Part shown: positions 19,450-29,841 of the stretch, piece after piece
Layout of the letters: each line of letters opens with the position of its first letter
Numbering within the stretch: position 1 is the first letter of the stretch
Assembly (NCBI GenBank): GCA_944321345.1
Contig: CALUKY010000013.1
Span: forward strand, 6,027-70,026
DNA length: 64,000 nt
Direction: 5' to 3'
DNA from: an uncultured Paraprevotella sp.
Lineage (GTDB): Bacteria; Bacteroidota; Bacteroidia; Bacteroidales; Bacteroidaceae
Notes under the pieces: generated by a model
Told to the model about the DNA's origin: nothing
The model's database searches: none
The model's input: the letters and a program-made list of their open reading frames with translations, nothing else
Position numbers and translations under genes: made by a program

Positions 19450-19671
19450 ATTACTACTTTAAAATAAACTGTACAATGCTTCGGCAAACCTTTCCAATAA
19501 ATTAAAAGTAATCATTCTATTACAATCTTAATGACTACACTAACTCAATCTTATTCCGCGCTTTGATATTGAAACTTTAGACAAAAATTAAACATTTAAT
19601 TAATATACAATGCATATAGCTCTAACTAAATAATATATAAAAAACGCCTCAAATCCTTTCGAATAACATAA

Positions 19672-20769
19672 CTACCCAAACCAATACATCAGTAAAGTAA
19701 ACCCCAAGTGTCCCATAAAAACCAAAGCTGCATTCGTTCCTTGATTCTTCCAAACGGGTAATTTCAAACAGGGATAAGCCAAAACCAAAGCATACATAAA
19801 CCAAGACAAATATGCAAAACGATTCGAATAGGACGCACGAATCATCATTACCCAAAAAGAATTACATAAAATATAAGTATTTAGCAGCATCAGATAATTC
19901 TTATCCCAAATCTTACGTATAAAGACTACATAATATCCCAAGACAATAGGCATGGAACTATACAAAAGAAAATCCCAACGAAATCCGGTTGAACTAAACA
20001 TGGATGCATCTACATTTTCGCTAGAATAACCTTCCATACGATCATCAAATCCTAACCCTGTAAAGAATGCTTCTATCGCTCCTCCTGCTACTAAAGATAA
20101 AACTATAGAAAATAACCACCAGCCCATAATATATCGAGTATCTTTCACAAAAAAAGAAGCCACCAAACAAAGAATAGGCAAGGCTGTAGAGCGATGAATA
20201 TTAAAAGCTAAGAAACAAAGAATTCCAGCTATTATTTTATTCAAAAGACTTTTATTGACGCACGCCAAAGCTACAATAATTAAGCTACAGGCCATTCCGT
20301 TACGAATGCCATTTACTCCATATGAAAAAAAAGAAAAGGCACCCATACAAAACAAGAACATCAAGATATAATGATTAGGAACTAACCGATAGCATGCCCA
20401 AAGAACAGGTACAATATAAAGTATTTCTACTAATAGAAAGAATCCATGCACATCCATTATTTTTGAACATTGATACATCATCCAGTTAAAAACCCACTCT
20501 CTAGAATCAAGATTTAATGTTTGTGAACCGTTTACAAAGGTATTATACATCCCAGCATAATTTCCAGTATCCCCAAAATAAATACCAGAGATAGGCCTTA
20601 AACCCACTAGAAATACAAACAATAATATATAAATCAACAAAATTTTTATATTTGTATTCTGATGAATAAAAAACACGTTTTGTCTGCCTATATTAATTGC
20701 ATACCCTAAGGACAATGCTAATAGAGAGTAAATATATACAGGATAATAAAGTGATGGATCAAACTGCAT
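19672..20769 (-). CDS. wzy: EpsG-family polymerase (Wzy-like)
   Basis: 365 aa and strongly polytopic, with roughly 10 hydrophobic segments. It sits in the capsule locus. Confidence 0.7.
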   Translation of the reverse strand: MQFDPSLYYPVYIYSLLALSLGYAINIGRQNVFFIHQNTNIKILLIYILLFVFLVGLRPISGIYFGDTGNYAGMYNTFVNGSQTLNLDSREWVFNWMMYQCSKIMDVHGFFLLVEILYIVPVLWACYRLVPNHYILMFLFCMGAFSFFSYGVNGIRNGMACSLIIVALACVNKSLLNKIIAGILCFLAFNIHRSTALPILCLVASFFVKDTRYIMGWWLFSIVLSLVAGGAIEAFFTGLGFDDRMEGYSSENVDASMFSSTGFRWDFLLYSSMPIVLGYYVVFIRKIWDKNYLMLLNTYILCNSFWVMMIRASYSNRFAYLSWFMYALVLAYPCLKLPVWKNQGTNAALVFMGHLGFTLLMYWFG

Positions 20770-20778
20770 AATTCATTT

Positions 20779-21837
20779 TTACTTTAGTGTAATAAACAGA
20801 TTTTCCCAAAGCAGAGCAATCGTATGAATTTCATATTTAGCTACAGATTGCTTGGCAAAAATGCTCATTTCTTTTAATTTTTCAGGACTACTGATCATTT
20901 TTCTTATTTCTTTGGATAATAATTCTATATTCTCAGGAGGCACCAAAATGCCGTTCTTTCCATTCTGTATAATATCACGGGGGCCACAGGGACAGTCAAA
21001 AGCAACACACGGTAGGCCGCAAGCCATTGCCTCGATAAGCACCATACCGAATCCTTCTGAGCGGGATGGTAGCACCAAAAAGGATGAATGCAACATCTCT
21101 TGTTGCACCTGATTTGTCGGTCCGCAAAAATGAATACTGTCCTGCAAATGATAAGCGTCAATCATTCTCTGATATCTGTAAGTATCTCCTCTCCCGAATA
21201 TATCAATTTGCCACCCGGAACAATCTTTGGCAATTCTATTCCAAGCTTCTATCAACAAATCATATCCTTTGTTATAGGAAATACTTCCAACACAAATAAT
21301 ACGCTTTTCCTTTAGAGTTGCCTTCTCTTGAGGCAAAAAGGAAATAGGATTCGGAATAACAATCTGATTATTACCCAACCATTCGGAAAGATTATATTGC
21401 GTCAGGACAACAACCTTATCATATAATAAACCGCCCAACTTCATCAATAAGGACTGGAACTTGGAATTGTTTAAACGCATGGAAGCATGACGCTCATAAA
21501 TTAAGACCGCCTTTCCTTTTTTAATCCAAAGCGGCACATAAAGTCCTTTCAATCCATCATCGCAAACCAATATGATATCCGGCTTTACTGTACTAGTAAC
21601 CTTATTAATTTCGCGAATATAGGAAGTTAAATATTTTATTCCTCCACCATTAGTGAATACTCTATGAAAGTTTATCTTTTCACTAAAAGAATAGAAGGAC
21701 TTAGTATTACTTTCATTTAAAGTAATGATATGAACCTCATAACCAAAACGTTCTGCGAAATAAGAAGCTTTAATAGAAAGGACTCTTTCCAAGCCGCCTA
21801 TTCCATTGATTCCATTAGTTATATAAAGTAATTTCAT
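20779..21837 (-). CDS. glycosyltransferase family 4
   Basis: 352 aa with LPSRSEGFGMVLIEAMACGLP. Confidence 0.85.
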   Translation of the reverse strand: MKLLYITNGINGIGGLERVLSIKASYFAERFGYEVHIITLNESNTKSFYSFSEKINFHRVFTNGGGIKYLTSYIREINKVTSTVKPDIILVCDDGLKGLYVPLWIKKGKAVLIYERHASMRLNNSKFQSLLMKLGGLLYDKVVVLTQYNLSEWLGNNQIVIPNPISFLPQEKATLKEKRIICVGSISYNKGYDLLIEAWNRIAKDCSGWQIDIFGRGDTYRYQRMIDAYHLQDSIHFCGPTNQVQQEMLHSSFLVLPSRSEGFGMVLIEAMACGLPCVAFDCPCGPRDIIQNGKNGILVPPENIELLSKEIRKMISSPEKLKEMSIFAKQSVAKYEIHTIALLWENLFITLK

Positions 21838-22838
21838 TTCTTCTGTTTATAACCAATTATATAATCTCCAAACGGGAGTAAACTTACCAAGTAACAAGCT
21901 ACAAAAGAGAAAATTAAAGTCAAAGTGAACACAATAACTGTCTGAAGAATGTAATTCTGAATTGCCAAGATCTTGTCCCATTTCCAAATTATACTTCTCA
22001 TAAAGAATATATGCATCAGATATATTCCAAATGACAAATTGGAAGTTTTCACCATAAATTTATTCAATTTATCACCCCCCCCCATCAAATTCTTTCGAAT
22101 TATCACAAACCAAGTCACACATTGGATTGCCACAAAGATAGAGAGATACCAGAATACCTCATAAAAATTCACTTCCCATTGCATGACTTTGCAAACTACA
22201 GGTGCAGCTAGTGAAAGTAGTAAAGGGAATAACAAATATTTGATGCGGATATTCTGATAGAATTTATTCACATAATAGCCTAAAAGAAAGTAACCCGCAT
22301 AACCGGAAAAATAATAAAGAGGTCCAGTATTGCTATCGTTCACATCAAAATATCCCTTCAATAAAGGATAACACAAGGTAATGCTCCATAGAAACAAGTA
22401 AAATTCCAATTCCTTTTTTGAAGATTTTTCAAGCCATTTGCTAAGTATTGGAGCAAACAAATACAACCCCATCAGTGCGTACATAAACCAGAGAACTCCT
22501 GTACCCTGTGCACTAAAAGGTATAGACAAAACATGCTGTACAAAATTTTCAGTCGAATCCCCAAACAAGAGCAAATAGAAAATACTCCACACAAAAACAG
22601 GTATACAAACCTTCAAAAAACGCTTCCGAAAAAATACCTTTGTTGGCATCTTCACTGGAAGTAGTAACGCTCCTGAAACCATAAAAAACAAACCTATGCA
22701 GGGCGCTGTTAAATAACTGTTTGACAACAGAAACAAACTATTCACTCCGGCTGTAGAAATTGGTGCATGCATAAAAATCACCATCAAACAGGCCAAGACT
22801 CGAATCCAGTCTAAGGCATATATTCTTTCTCTCAGCAT
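21834..22838 (-). CDS. acyltransferase family 3 (O-acetyltransferase)
   Basis: 334 aa with ALDWIRVLACLMVIFMH, polytopic. Confidence 0.8.
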   Translation of the reverse strand: MLRERIYALDWIRVLACLMVIFMHAPISTAGVNSLFLLSNSYLTAPCIGLFFMVSGALLLPVKMPTKVFFRKRFLKVCIPVFVWSIFYLLLFGDSTENFVQHVLSIPFSAQGTGVLWFMYALMGLYLFAPILSKWLEKSSKKELEFYLFLWSITLCYPLLKGYFDVNDSNTGPLYYFSGYAGYFLLGYYVNKFYQNIRIKYLLFPLLLSLAAPVVCKVMQWEVNFYEVFWYLSIFVAIQCVTWFVIIRKNLMGGGDKLNKFMVKTSNLSFGIYLMHIFFMRSIIWKWDKILAIQNYILQTVIVFTLTLIFSFVACYLVSLLPFGDYIIGYKQKK

Positions 22839-24025
22839 AAATTCTCTATCTTTCTGACTTCTCCGGCATTAGAGAAATCATGATTCATAACATACTCAAT
22901 AATTTGCTGCTGCCCAATCTTGTTGTTGATAAAATCAATGATACCTTCTACACAAAGTTTATTTTCCAATGGAACAATAAAACCATCTTTACCATGAATT
23001 ATTTGACTCTTAGCAGTGGGGTAATCCGTTATAATCACAAGCTTTCCTAACAGCTGTGCCTCACGTACTGTTACCGATTTTCCCTCATAACGTGAAGGCT
23101 GGATATAAAAATCACAAGTTTTTATATAGGGATATGGATTTTCCTTCTTACCTAACAACAAAACATATTCCTGCATACCGGCTTCTGCTATTTTCTGACG
23201 GATTAAAGCCTCATCTCCTCCATAACCGATAATATGCCAATAAACATTCAAGCCTTGCTCACGAATACGTTTACATATATCCGGAACATTATCAAAATTC
23301 TTTGCATAAGAAAATCGGCCTATAGACAGAAAGTTTATTTGTCCATTCTCTTTAGGGAAAGAGATTTTCTCTTCGGCTGCACGCTTCAAAATCAAATCCT
23401 TAGACAAGATATTCTCTATCAATATAATTTTATCCTTCAGGGATGGGAAAGGCTTTAGAAAAGCCTTAGTAACTTCATCGGAAATAGAAGCTATATAATC
23501 ATACTGACTCCATACCGGAAGTTCCTTTTCCACATTTACCTGTATGGTACTGTAATCTGTATGAATCCAAGCAATCTTTTTTTTTGCAGAAACTTTATCT
23601 AAGACAATCCGGTGTGGTGTCAGAAAACTAATTGCCAAATCATAAGTTCCATATTTCTTTAAAGAAGGTAAAAAAGGCATTACTGCATCCTGAATATACT
23701 GAAAAATACCGGAGCACTCAGTCACCTGATTCTTTCGGACATAACGTGCATATTTATATTTTCCCCATAGGCGACCAAGAGCAATATCAAAACTCCCCTG
23801 CTTCAGAACATCTACAATAGGAATCTCTAACTGCGCATATTTTCTTTCTTCCGGAAGCAAATTCACCTCTTTTGGAATATAGCGCATCAACTCTCCTCGA
23901 TGCGCATACAAGAAAAGATCCACCTCATATCTGGAGTAGTCGAAGCTATGCAGCAAACCGATAAGGCTCGTTTCGGCTCCTCCTATCTCTAAATAATGCA
24001 TAGCCATAAAAATGCGTTTCTTCAT
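22832..24025 (-). CDS. glycosyltransferase family 4
   Basis: 397 aa with QPSRYEGKSVTVREAQLLGK. Confidence 0.8.
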   Translation of the reverse strand: MKKRIFMAMHYLEIGGAETSLIGLLHSFDYSRYEVDLFLYAHRGELMRYIPKEVNLLPEERKYAQLEIPIVDVLKQGSFDIALGRLWGKYKYARYVRKNQVTECSGIFQYIQDAVMPFLPSLKKYGTYDLAISFLTPHRIVLDKVSAKKKIAWIHTDYSTIQVNVEKELPVWSQYDYIASISDEVTKAFLKPFPSLKDKIILIENILSKDLILKRAAEEKISFPKENGQINFLSIGRFSYAKNFDNVPDICKRIREQGLNVYWHIIGYGGDEALIRQKIAEAGMQEYVLLLGKKENPYPYIKTCDFYIQPSRYEGKSVTVREAQLLGKLVIITDYPTAKSQIIHGKDGFIVPLENKLCVEGIIDFINNKIGQQQIIEYVMNHDFSNAGEVRKIENLC

Positions 24026-25128
24026 TCTTTACAAATATTTTCCAAGTACTGTTTTCCTAAATATGAATATCCATCAATACTATTTTGAATCGCTGCATAA
24101 TCAATATCCAACAGATCTAACGATTGTACAGAAGAAATCAATCTATCTGATAAAGATAAACCTTTCAACAAATCTTCCATTCTTGTATTTAGCGCTTCCG
24201 TTCGTTTCACTACATAAAAGTTCTTTTGAAAAAGAATAGCAAAGGCTGTTGCATGAAAGGAGTTTGAAATGACATACTGCGCATGATATATCAAATTCAA
24301 GAATTCTATAGGTCCTACAGAATTCGAATAATCAGCCCAAAAACCAAAAGCTGTTAGTCCTATAGGAATAATTTTTAGATCCAATTTATCCGAAATATAT
24401 TGAGAAATTTCTTTAATATTGCAGTTCTTATCGAAATCATACACTAATATATACGGTTTTTTAATTATTGCAGAAGTATCTACCATTAAATTTTCCCACT
24501 CGGAGCGTGATAGTAAGAAAACCGGATCGCAAACGACTGATATTTCTTTTGTCACTCCAATATTCCTAAGTACAGAAACAGCTGATTTTTCTCGAACAGC
24601 AATAGAATCTAAATTCATCACTTTTTCAAAGACAAACTTTTCCCATCCTGTGAGAACCTTATCTGTCGCCATACTGGCAGCATAAGAAGCTTTAACCTTT
24701 CCTTTCGGCACAAAATCTAAATAAAAAGCTGGATCTTTACCATTTTTAAATAATGTATTCCATATTTGGTCACTTCCTGCCAAATAAAGATCTGCTATTG
24801 GAGGATTACGTTTTAGTTCTTCATTATTTTGATATCGTACAGAAGTTATTTTTAGGTATGTTTTTTTAAAGTCATCAAAAAGTCTTTTCCTTTTTAAGGA
24901 ACGGAGATGAGGGTAGAACTTTGCTAACAGATACAATTGCTTAATTAATGGTTTATCATAAACTGGATTTGCTACCTTTAATTTATAATGTCCACTTAAA
25001 TAATTCGGTTTATAATCTATAATTTCCACTTCGTGTCCTAAATCTTGCAAATAACGCATTAAAGCATAAGCCTGCAAAGAAGCACCATAATTATAGACAT
25101 CATGGCAAGTTATTGTTTTAATCTTCAT
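24022..25128 (-). CDS. polysaccharide pyruvyl transferase family protein
   Basis: 368 aa. The N-terminus TCHDVYNYGASLQAYALMRYLQDLGHEV and the GSDQIWN motif match the family. Confidence 0.8.
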   Translation of the reverse strand: MKIKTITCHDVYNYGASLQAYALMRYLQDLGHEVEIIDYKPNYLSGHYKLKVANPVYDKPLIKQLYLLAKFYPHLRSLKRKRLFDDFKKTYLKITSVRYQNNEELKRNPPIADLYLAGSDQIWNTLFKNGKDPAFYLDFVPKGKVKASYAASMATDKVLTGWEKFVFEKVMNLDSIAVREKSAVSVLRNIGVTKEISVVCDPVFLLSRSEWENLMVDTSAIIKKPYILVYDFDKNCNIKEISQYISDKLDLKIIPIGLTAFGFWADYSNSVGPIEFLNLIYHAQYVISNSFHATAFAILFQKNFYVVKRTEALNTRMEDLLKGLSLSDRLISSVQSLDLLDIDYAAIQNSIDGYSYLGKQYLENICKE

Positions 25129-25174
25129 ATTTTATACGAATAAGCCAAAAGTTACAATAAAAAACAAGATTGAT

Positions 25175-26191
25175 CTATCCTAAAAATAATATGCTTAGAT
25201 TCTTTTTTACAAGAGGATTTTGGACTTGAGATAAAATTCGATTGACTAATTTCACTTGAAGATATGTTATAAAGGTAGATAACGTAACTACAACTATAAA
25301 TTTAATAAAAAAATTCGGTAATATTAAGGCTGGCAATAATATAATTATGTGCCAAAAATAAATCCATAGTGTATGAGAACCAATAAATGTCATAACAGCA
25401 TTCATTTTAAGTCTTCCTGTATATTTGTAAATTTGTTCACGAAATACAAACAAAAATAGAGTAAATGCTAAAGCATAAGAAGTATAATATAATTTTGGTG
25501 GATACTTTGCTATTGAAGTTAACTGATATGCCTGAGTTTCACAATAATAGTAATAAGCCAAAAACAAATAAGTAATAAAAAATATACTTGAGAGTATTAG
25601 TAATGATTTACGCTGCGCAAAAATTGCTATCTGGCCTAATGAAAATATAGCGATATACGGCAAAGTCATACCTAAATAATAAAGCAACGAATCTTCATGA
25701 TTCAAAGGTATAAACTCAAATATAAACAGTGTGAAAAAAGACGTCAACAAGACCCTCAAATAGTTACGTTTTGAAACATAGCCAATAATAGGAGCTACTA
25801 ATGCTATTATAAAAAATATTCTTATTATCCATACGTACCAATCAGTCATCAATACAAAACATTTAAACATTTTAAACGGTGGAAAATTGTTCTCTCCAAC
25901 TGGAAAAAAGAAATAAACTATATGGTAAAAAGAAAAGTATATTAATAAGAAAATCCAAGTTGGAAGGATCAATCTTTTAAATCTCTTTAAAAAGTATGCG
26001 CGATAAGTAAAATGTGATTTCTTTTTACAACTTAAAATGTATGACACTCCAGACAAAAACACCATTAGAGGAACATCAAAATTTCTAATCTGCTGTAAAA
26101 AAATAGAAGATGGACTTGTATGAATTAATATTATACAGAGTAAAGCTATTCCTCTTAGTATATCTAAAGACAAATCTCTTTTTATAATCAT
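25175..26191 (-). CDS. acyltransferase family 3
   Basis: 338 aa with SLDILRGIALLCIILIH, polytopic. Confidence 0.75.
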   Translation of the reverse strand: MIIKRDLSLDILRGIALLCIILIHTSPSSIFLQQIRNFDVPLMVFLSGVSYILSCKKKSHFTYRAYFLKRFKRLILPTWIFLLIYFSFYHIVYFFFPVGENNFPPFKMFKCFVLMTDWYVWIIRIFFIIALVAPIIGYVSKRNYLRVLLTSFFTLFIFEFIPLNHEDSLLYYLGMTLPYIAIFSLGQIAIFAQRKSLLILSSIFFITYLFLAYYYYCETQAYQLTSIAKYPPKLYYTSYALAFTLFLFVFREQIYKYTGRLKMNAVMTFIGSHTLWIYFWHIIILLPALILPNFFIKFIVVVTLSTFITYLQVKLVNRILSQVQNPLVKKNLSILFLG

Positions 26192-26229
26192 TTATATTAT
26201 ATTTTTAGGACACAAAAAATACGATGGAA

Positions 26230-27375
26230 TTACTGCAAAATAAAATCCATAATTTTCTTACTTTCTGTTTGAGATGTTAAAAATTCTTCTTTTGAAAGAT
26301 TTTTTATAAGAGTTTCTTTCACTTGAGTATTTTCAATTAAATATAAAATTCTTTCTGCTATAGATTCGGCTTTCATTTCGACAATCAAACCATTTACTCC
26401 ATCTACAATTTGATCGTAAACAGATGGGAAATTAGTACTGATAATGGGACATTTCAAAATTTTAGCTTCCGTAACAGTCCTGCCAAATCCTTCAAAAAGA
26501 GATGTCTGTACATATATATCACAATGTTTCATATAGGGATATGGATTGGACTTCATACCTAACAAAATTACATAATCTTGTAGTTGTTTTGTGGCAATCA
26601 TAGTTTCTAGCTCTTCTCGTTTTTCACCTTCACCAACAAAATACCATCTAAAATTTATTCCTTTATTTTTCAAAATCTCTGCAGCTTGAACTGCTAAATC
26701 ATAGCCTTTTTGTTGAACCAGTCTACCTGTTGTTACAATACGTAAGCCATCATATTTATCTGTAAAAACATTCTCACATGCCATTTTACGAATAAACTCT
26801 ACACTAAAAACATTATAAACTGTAAGAAGTTTTCTTTTATCCGTAACAAAATTAGTATTCAACATTTGCTCTTTCAATGCATCAGAAATGACTATTACAG
26901 AATCCATTACATCATAAAACTTACTGCAAAAAGTTTGATCATAATGAGCTTCTAACATATCAATGTTTACACGAGAAGCTTTTTTCATTGCCTTTACCTT
27001 TGTAGCTAAATAAAACGTGGGAAATCCCTGTTGAAAAGAAATTGCAACATCGTATTCTTTTTCCATCGGAGAAAGGTATTTGCCTATTCTATTCCACAAC
27101 ATTTCTGCAGCATGTTTTTTCTTAGCTTTCCAACGCAAGTCAACAGAATATAATGTTTGAGCAAATCTATATCTGATTTTTGAAGTTACTTTGGGATCAA
27201 AATCCACAATATTGACTTCTTTAGGCAAATAAGTTTCAAAAACCCCACCTCGACTACAAAGCCATAAATCAACATCAATCTTTGAATAATCTAAAGTTGT
27301 TAATAAGGATACAAGACTCTGTTCTGATCCACCACATCCTAGACTATCACTTAAAAATAATACTCTCTTTTTCAT
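26230..27375 (-). CDS. glycosyltransferase family 4
   Basis: 381 aa with QTSLFEGFGRTVTEAKILKCP. Confidence 0.8.
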   Translation of the reverse strand: MKKRVLFLSDSLGCGGSEQSLVSLLTTLDYSKIDVDLWLCSRGGVFETYLPKEVNIVDFDPKVTSKIRYRFAQTLYSVDLRWKAKKKHAAEMLWNRIGKYLSPMEKEYDVAISFQQGFPTFYLATKVKAMKKASRVNIDMLEAHYDQTFCSKFYDVMDSVIVISDALKEQMLNTNFVTDKRKLLTVYNVFSVEFIRKMACENVFTDKYDGLRIVTTGRLVQQKGYDLAVQAAEILKNKGINFRWYFVGEGEKREELETMIATKQLQDYVILLGMKSNPYPYMKHCDIYVQTSLFEGFGRTVTEAKILKCPIISTNFPSVYDQIVDGVNGLIVEMKAESIAERILYLIENTQVKETLIKNLSKEEFLTSQTESKKIMDFILQ

Positions 27376-28322
27376 TTTACTTTCTTTGTTGGTTTAGGTA
27401 ATTTAAGCCAGCTACCTATTTTATAATCCCAGTCATCTGATGTAAAAGGATCCATCCCTCCTGTTGGAGTAAATGTCAACTCTCCAAAATATATTTTTCC
27501 ATTTATATTATATAAATCAACCCGAACAAAAGGAATACCCTTGGATAATAAAGAAGCCATTTCAATCATTTTTTCTAAATTTTGAGGGCGTTCCACTATC
27601 ACTGAAGAATTGTTTGTTAATTTCGTACCTCCAAATGGTAATAAGTTCCAGTCCAAATCATAAAAATTTCCACATAAATTCTTACTATATCTACCAGATA
27701 TGACATGACAAATCTTAACGACTCCATCAAAACAAAAAAATTTATAATCTATAAGCGCTTTGCCATCATCAGATTCCATAAATTTCTCTGCCAAAATAAG
27801 AGGTTTAACATTCTTATACTGCATTTCATGAGACATCTTATAAAATTTCTCTTTAAGTCCCTTACGTAAACCTTCTCTAACCTTTTGAATATTGCATTTC
27901 TGCTTATCAGTACAAATATACATTCCTTTTCCAGAATTATGATTGCACTTTAAAACAAATTGATTTGGTAATTTATTAAAATCAATCTTTGCGGCATCAT
28001 CCCAAACCCCTAGAGTCGGAATAATATGTTCTTCCCCAATAATCTTTGCAACATACTGTTTAACATTATATTTATCAACCATTAAGGAATAACTATCTGG
28101 ACAATAATATAGTTTAAGCCATTGCAATTTCTCGTTAAAAGTTTGAGGATTATCTAAATTTAATTTATGTCCAAAAAAAACTCTGTATCTTACTTGTAAA
28201 TATAACTTTGCAGGCCAATAAGAAGCAGTAAGTTTTAAGAAATTAAGTAAAGCATACTGACTTCTACAAAACAAAGATCTCCGTAATCGATAAAATAAAT
28301 CTACAATTTCCATTTTAAACAA
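27372..28322 (-). CDS. TupA-like ATP-grasp amidoligase
   Basis: 316 aa. It carries the signature NPQTFNEKLQWLKLYY and then an ATP-grasp-like core (VLKCNHNSG...FGELTFTP). Confidence 0.75.
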   Translation of the reverse strand: MFKMEIVDLFYRLRRSLFCRSQYALLNFLKLTASYWPAKLYLQVRYRVFFGHKLNLDNPQTFNEKLQWLKLYYCPDSYSLMVDKYNVKQYVAKIIGEEHIIPTLGVWDDAAKIDFNKLPNQFVLKCNHNSGKGMYICTDKQKCNIQKVREGLRKGLKEKFYKMSHEMQYKNVKPLILAEKFMESDDGKALIDYKFFCFDGVVKICHVISGRYSKNLCGNFYDLDWNLLPFGGTKLTNNSSVIVERPQNLEKMIEMASLLSKGIPFVRVDLYNINGKIYFGELTFTPTGGMDPFTSDDWDYKIGSWLKLPKPTKKVK

Positions 28323-29824
28323 GAATTAACTTTTAGCTGTATAACATTTCTTTGAGAAGAATCTAAACACACAAAATAGACATATATTACAAACAACAAC
28401 ATAGAAAAGATAGAAGTAAACAATAATTGCAAAAAACATGACGTAAACAGCAGTTTAATATAATTTACCAAAAAAAAGATTATTACACTTCCCATCAGTG
28501 GTCTGAATAAACCTACAAATAAAATCTTTTTTATTTCTAAGAAAGGCATTTTCTGTTTGGCATCAATAAGAGATCCAATTATCATAATAGGTATACCTAT
28601 GTAAAAAGAAATAAATGAATATATAATTGGAAAATCAAAAAGAAAGGACAAATATAAAACCAGCAATCCAAGAAGCATAGAACATCCGGTTATTATTGAT
28701 CTTGTTTTATTCTGCCCGGTAGCATTAATAGAAGTTGTTAATACAGAATTAAAAGTCCCAAAACAATTAAAAACCAAAGCTATAACTGTAATTTCAGGAA
28801 CATATGCAGGAATAGTTCCCAACCATAATGTAAGAATATATTGCATATTTACTATTACTGGAATAGAAATAAAAGCAAGCATTAAAAAAGAAAATTGACT
28901 TGCATTAGAAATAAGCTGCGACATTCTAAAATATTTTTTTTCTGCATAGGCTTTTATTATAGGAGGATTAAAGGCAGAAAGCATATTATACGATAAACTC
29001 GTTAAAGTACCGTACATCATATCAGAAATTCCTAAAGCAGCATTCAATGTTACCCCTCTGTATATGTTTACAATGAAATTTTGTCCTTGTTGTTTCATAG
29101 ACATACATAAACTTGAAAACATTTGCCAAATTGAAAAATGCATAATTTGCTTCATCATTACCTGATTCCATATAAATGAAAGTTTTGTTTCCTCAAAACT
29201 TCTAATACAAAAAATCCTATATACTAAAGATACCAACAAAGTAACAGCCAAATATAAAAATGCATATAATTTAAGTTTATCAAAATCTAATATAGATAAC
29301 ACATATACTATAAGCAATTTTAATGTAACATTTAAGACCTCTACATATGCATAAACTCCCATTTTTTCATGGGCTATAAGAACTGAATTATATGGAACCT
29401 GAGTAATAGTTAGAGCTGTTGAAATAACAGAGCAATGTAAAACAAATTTAGCTGCTTCCATTCTTCCATCTGGTATATTTAATTTATTCTCCAAAAACCA
29501 CATGCCTATAGTCTCACCAAACAATACTACAAACAGGGCAAAGAATAAATGAATCATCATAGATGTAGAGAATATCAAACGTAATCTTTCATTATTTTTT
29601 AACCCTATCTCATAGGATAAAAAACGACTCGTGGAAGTGCTCATTGAGGATTTAAGAAAACTCAGCATTGACATAATACTTCCAACGACACTATATATTC
29701 CATAATTTTCTACCCCAAGAACTTTTAAAACAACTCTGGTGGTATATAATCCCACTAATGTTGCAATCACTAAACGAATATACAACAAAATGGTATTTTT
29801 TGCTATGCGCCTATTTTCACTCAT
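28301..29824 (-). CDS. wzx: oligosaccharide flippase (Wzx, MOP superfamily)
   Basis: 507 aa. The N-terminus reads KNTILLYIRLVIATLVGLYTTRVVLKVLGVENYG, and there are roughly 12-14 TM segments. Confidence 0.85.
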   Translation of the reverse strand: MSENRRIAKNTILLYIRLVIATLVGLYTTRVVLKVLGVENYGIYSVVGSIMSMLSFLKSSMSTSTSRFLSYEIGLKNNERLRLIFSTSMMIHLFFALFVVLFGETIGMWFLENKLNIPDGRMEAAKFVLHCSVISTALTITQVPYNSVLIAHEKMGVYAYVEVLNVTLKLLIVYVLSILDFDKLKLYAFLYLAVTLLVSLVYRIFCIRSFEETKLSFIWNQVMMKQIMHFSIWQMFSSLCMSMKQQGQNFIVNIYRGVTLNAALGISDMMYGTLTSLSYNMLSAFNPPIIKAYAEKKYFRMSQLISNASQFSFLMLAFISIPVIVNMQYILTLWLGTIPAYVPEITVIALVFNCFGTFNSVLTTSINATGQNKTRSIITGCSMLLGLLVLYLSFLFDFPIIYSFISFYIGIPIMIIGSLIDAKQKMPFLEIKKILFVGLFRPLMGSVIIFFLVNYIKLLFTSCFLQLLFTSIFSMLLFVIYVYFVCLDSSQRNVIQLKVNSCLKWKL

Positions 29825-29841
29825 GATTTTATAAATAGAGT

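Noticed and set aside
19649-19855. 68-aa minus-strand ORF at the end of wzy
   Set aside because: It overlaps the 3' end of the EpsG/Wzy gene in another frame and has no independent support.
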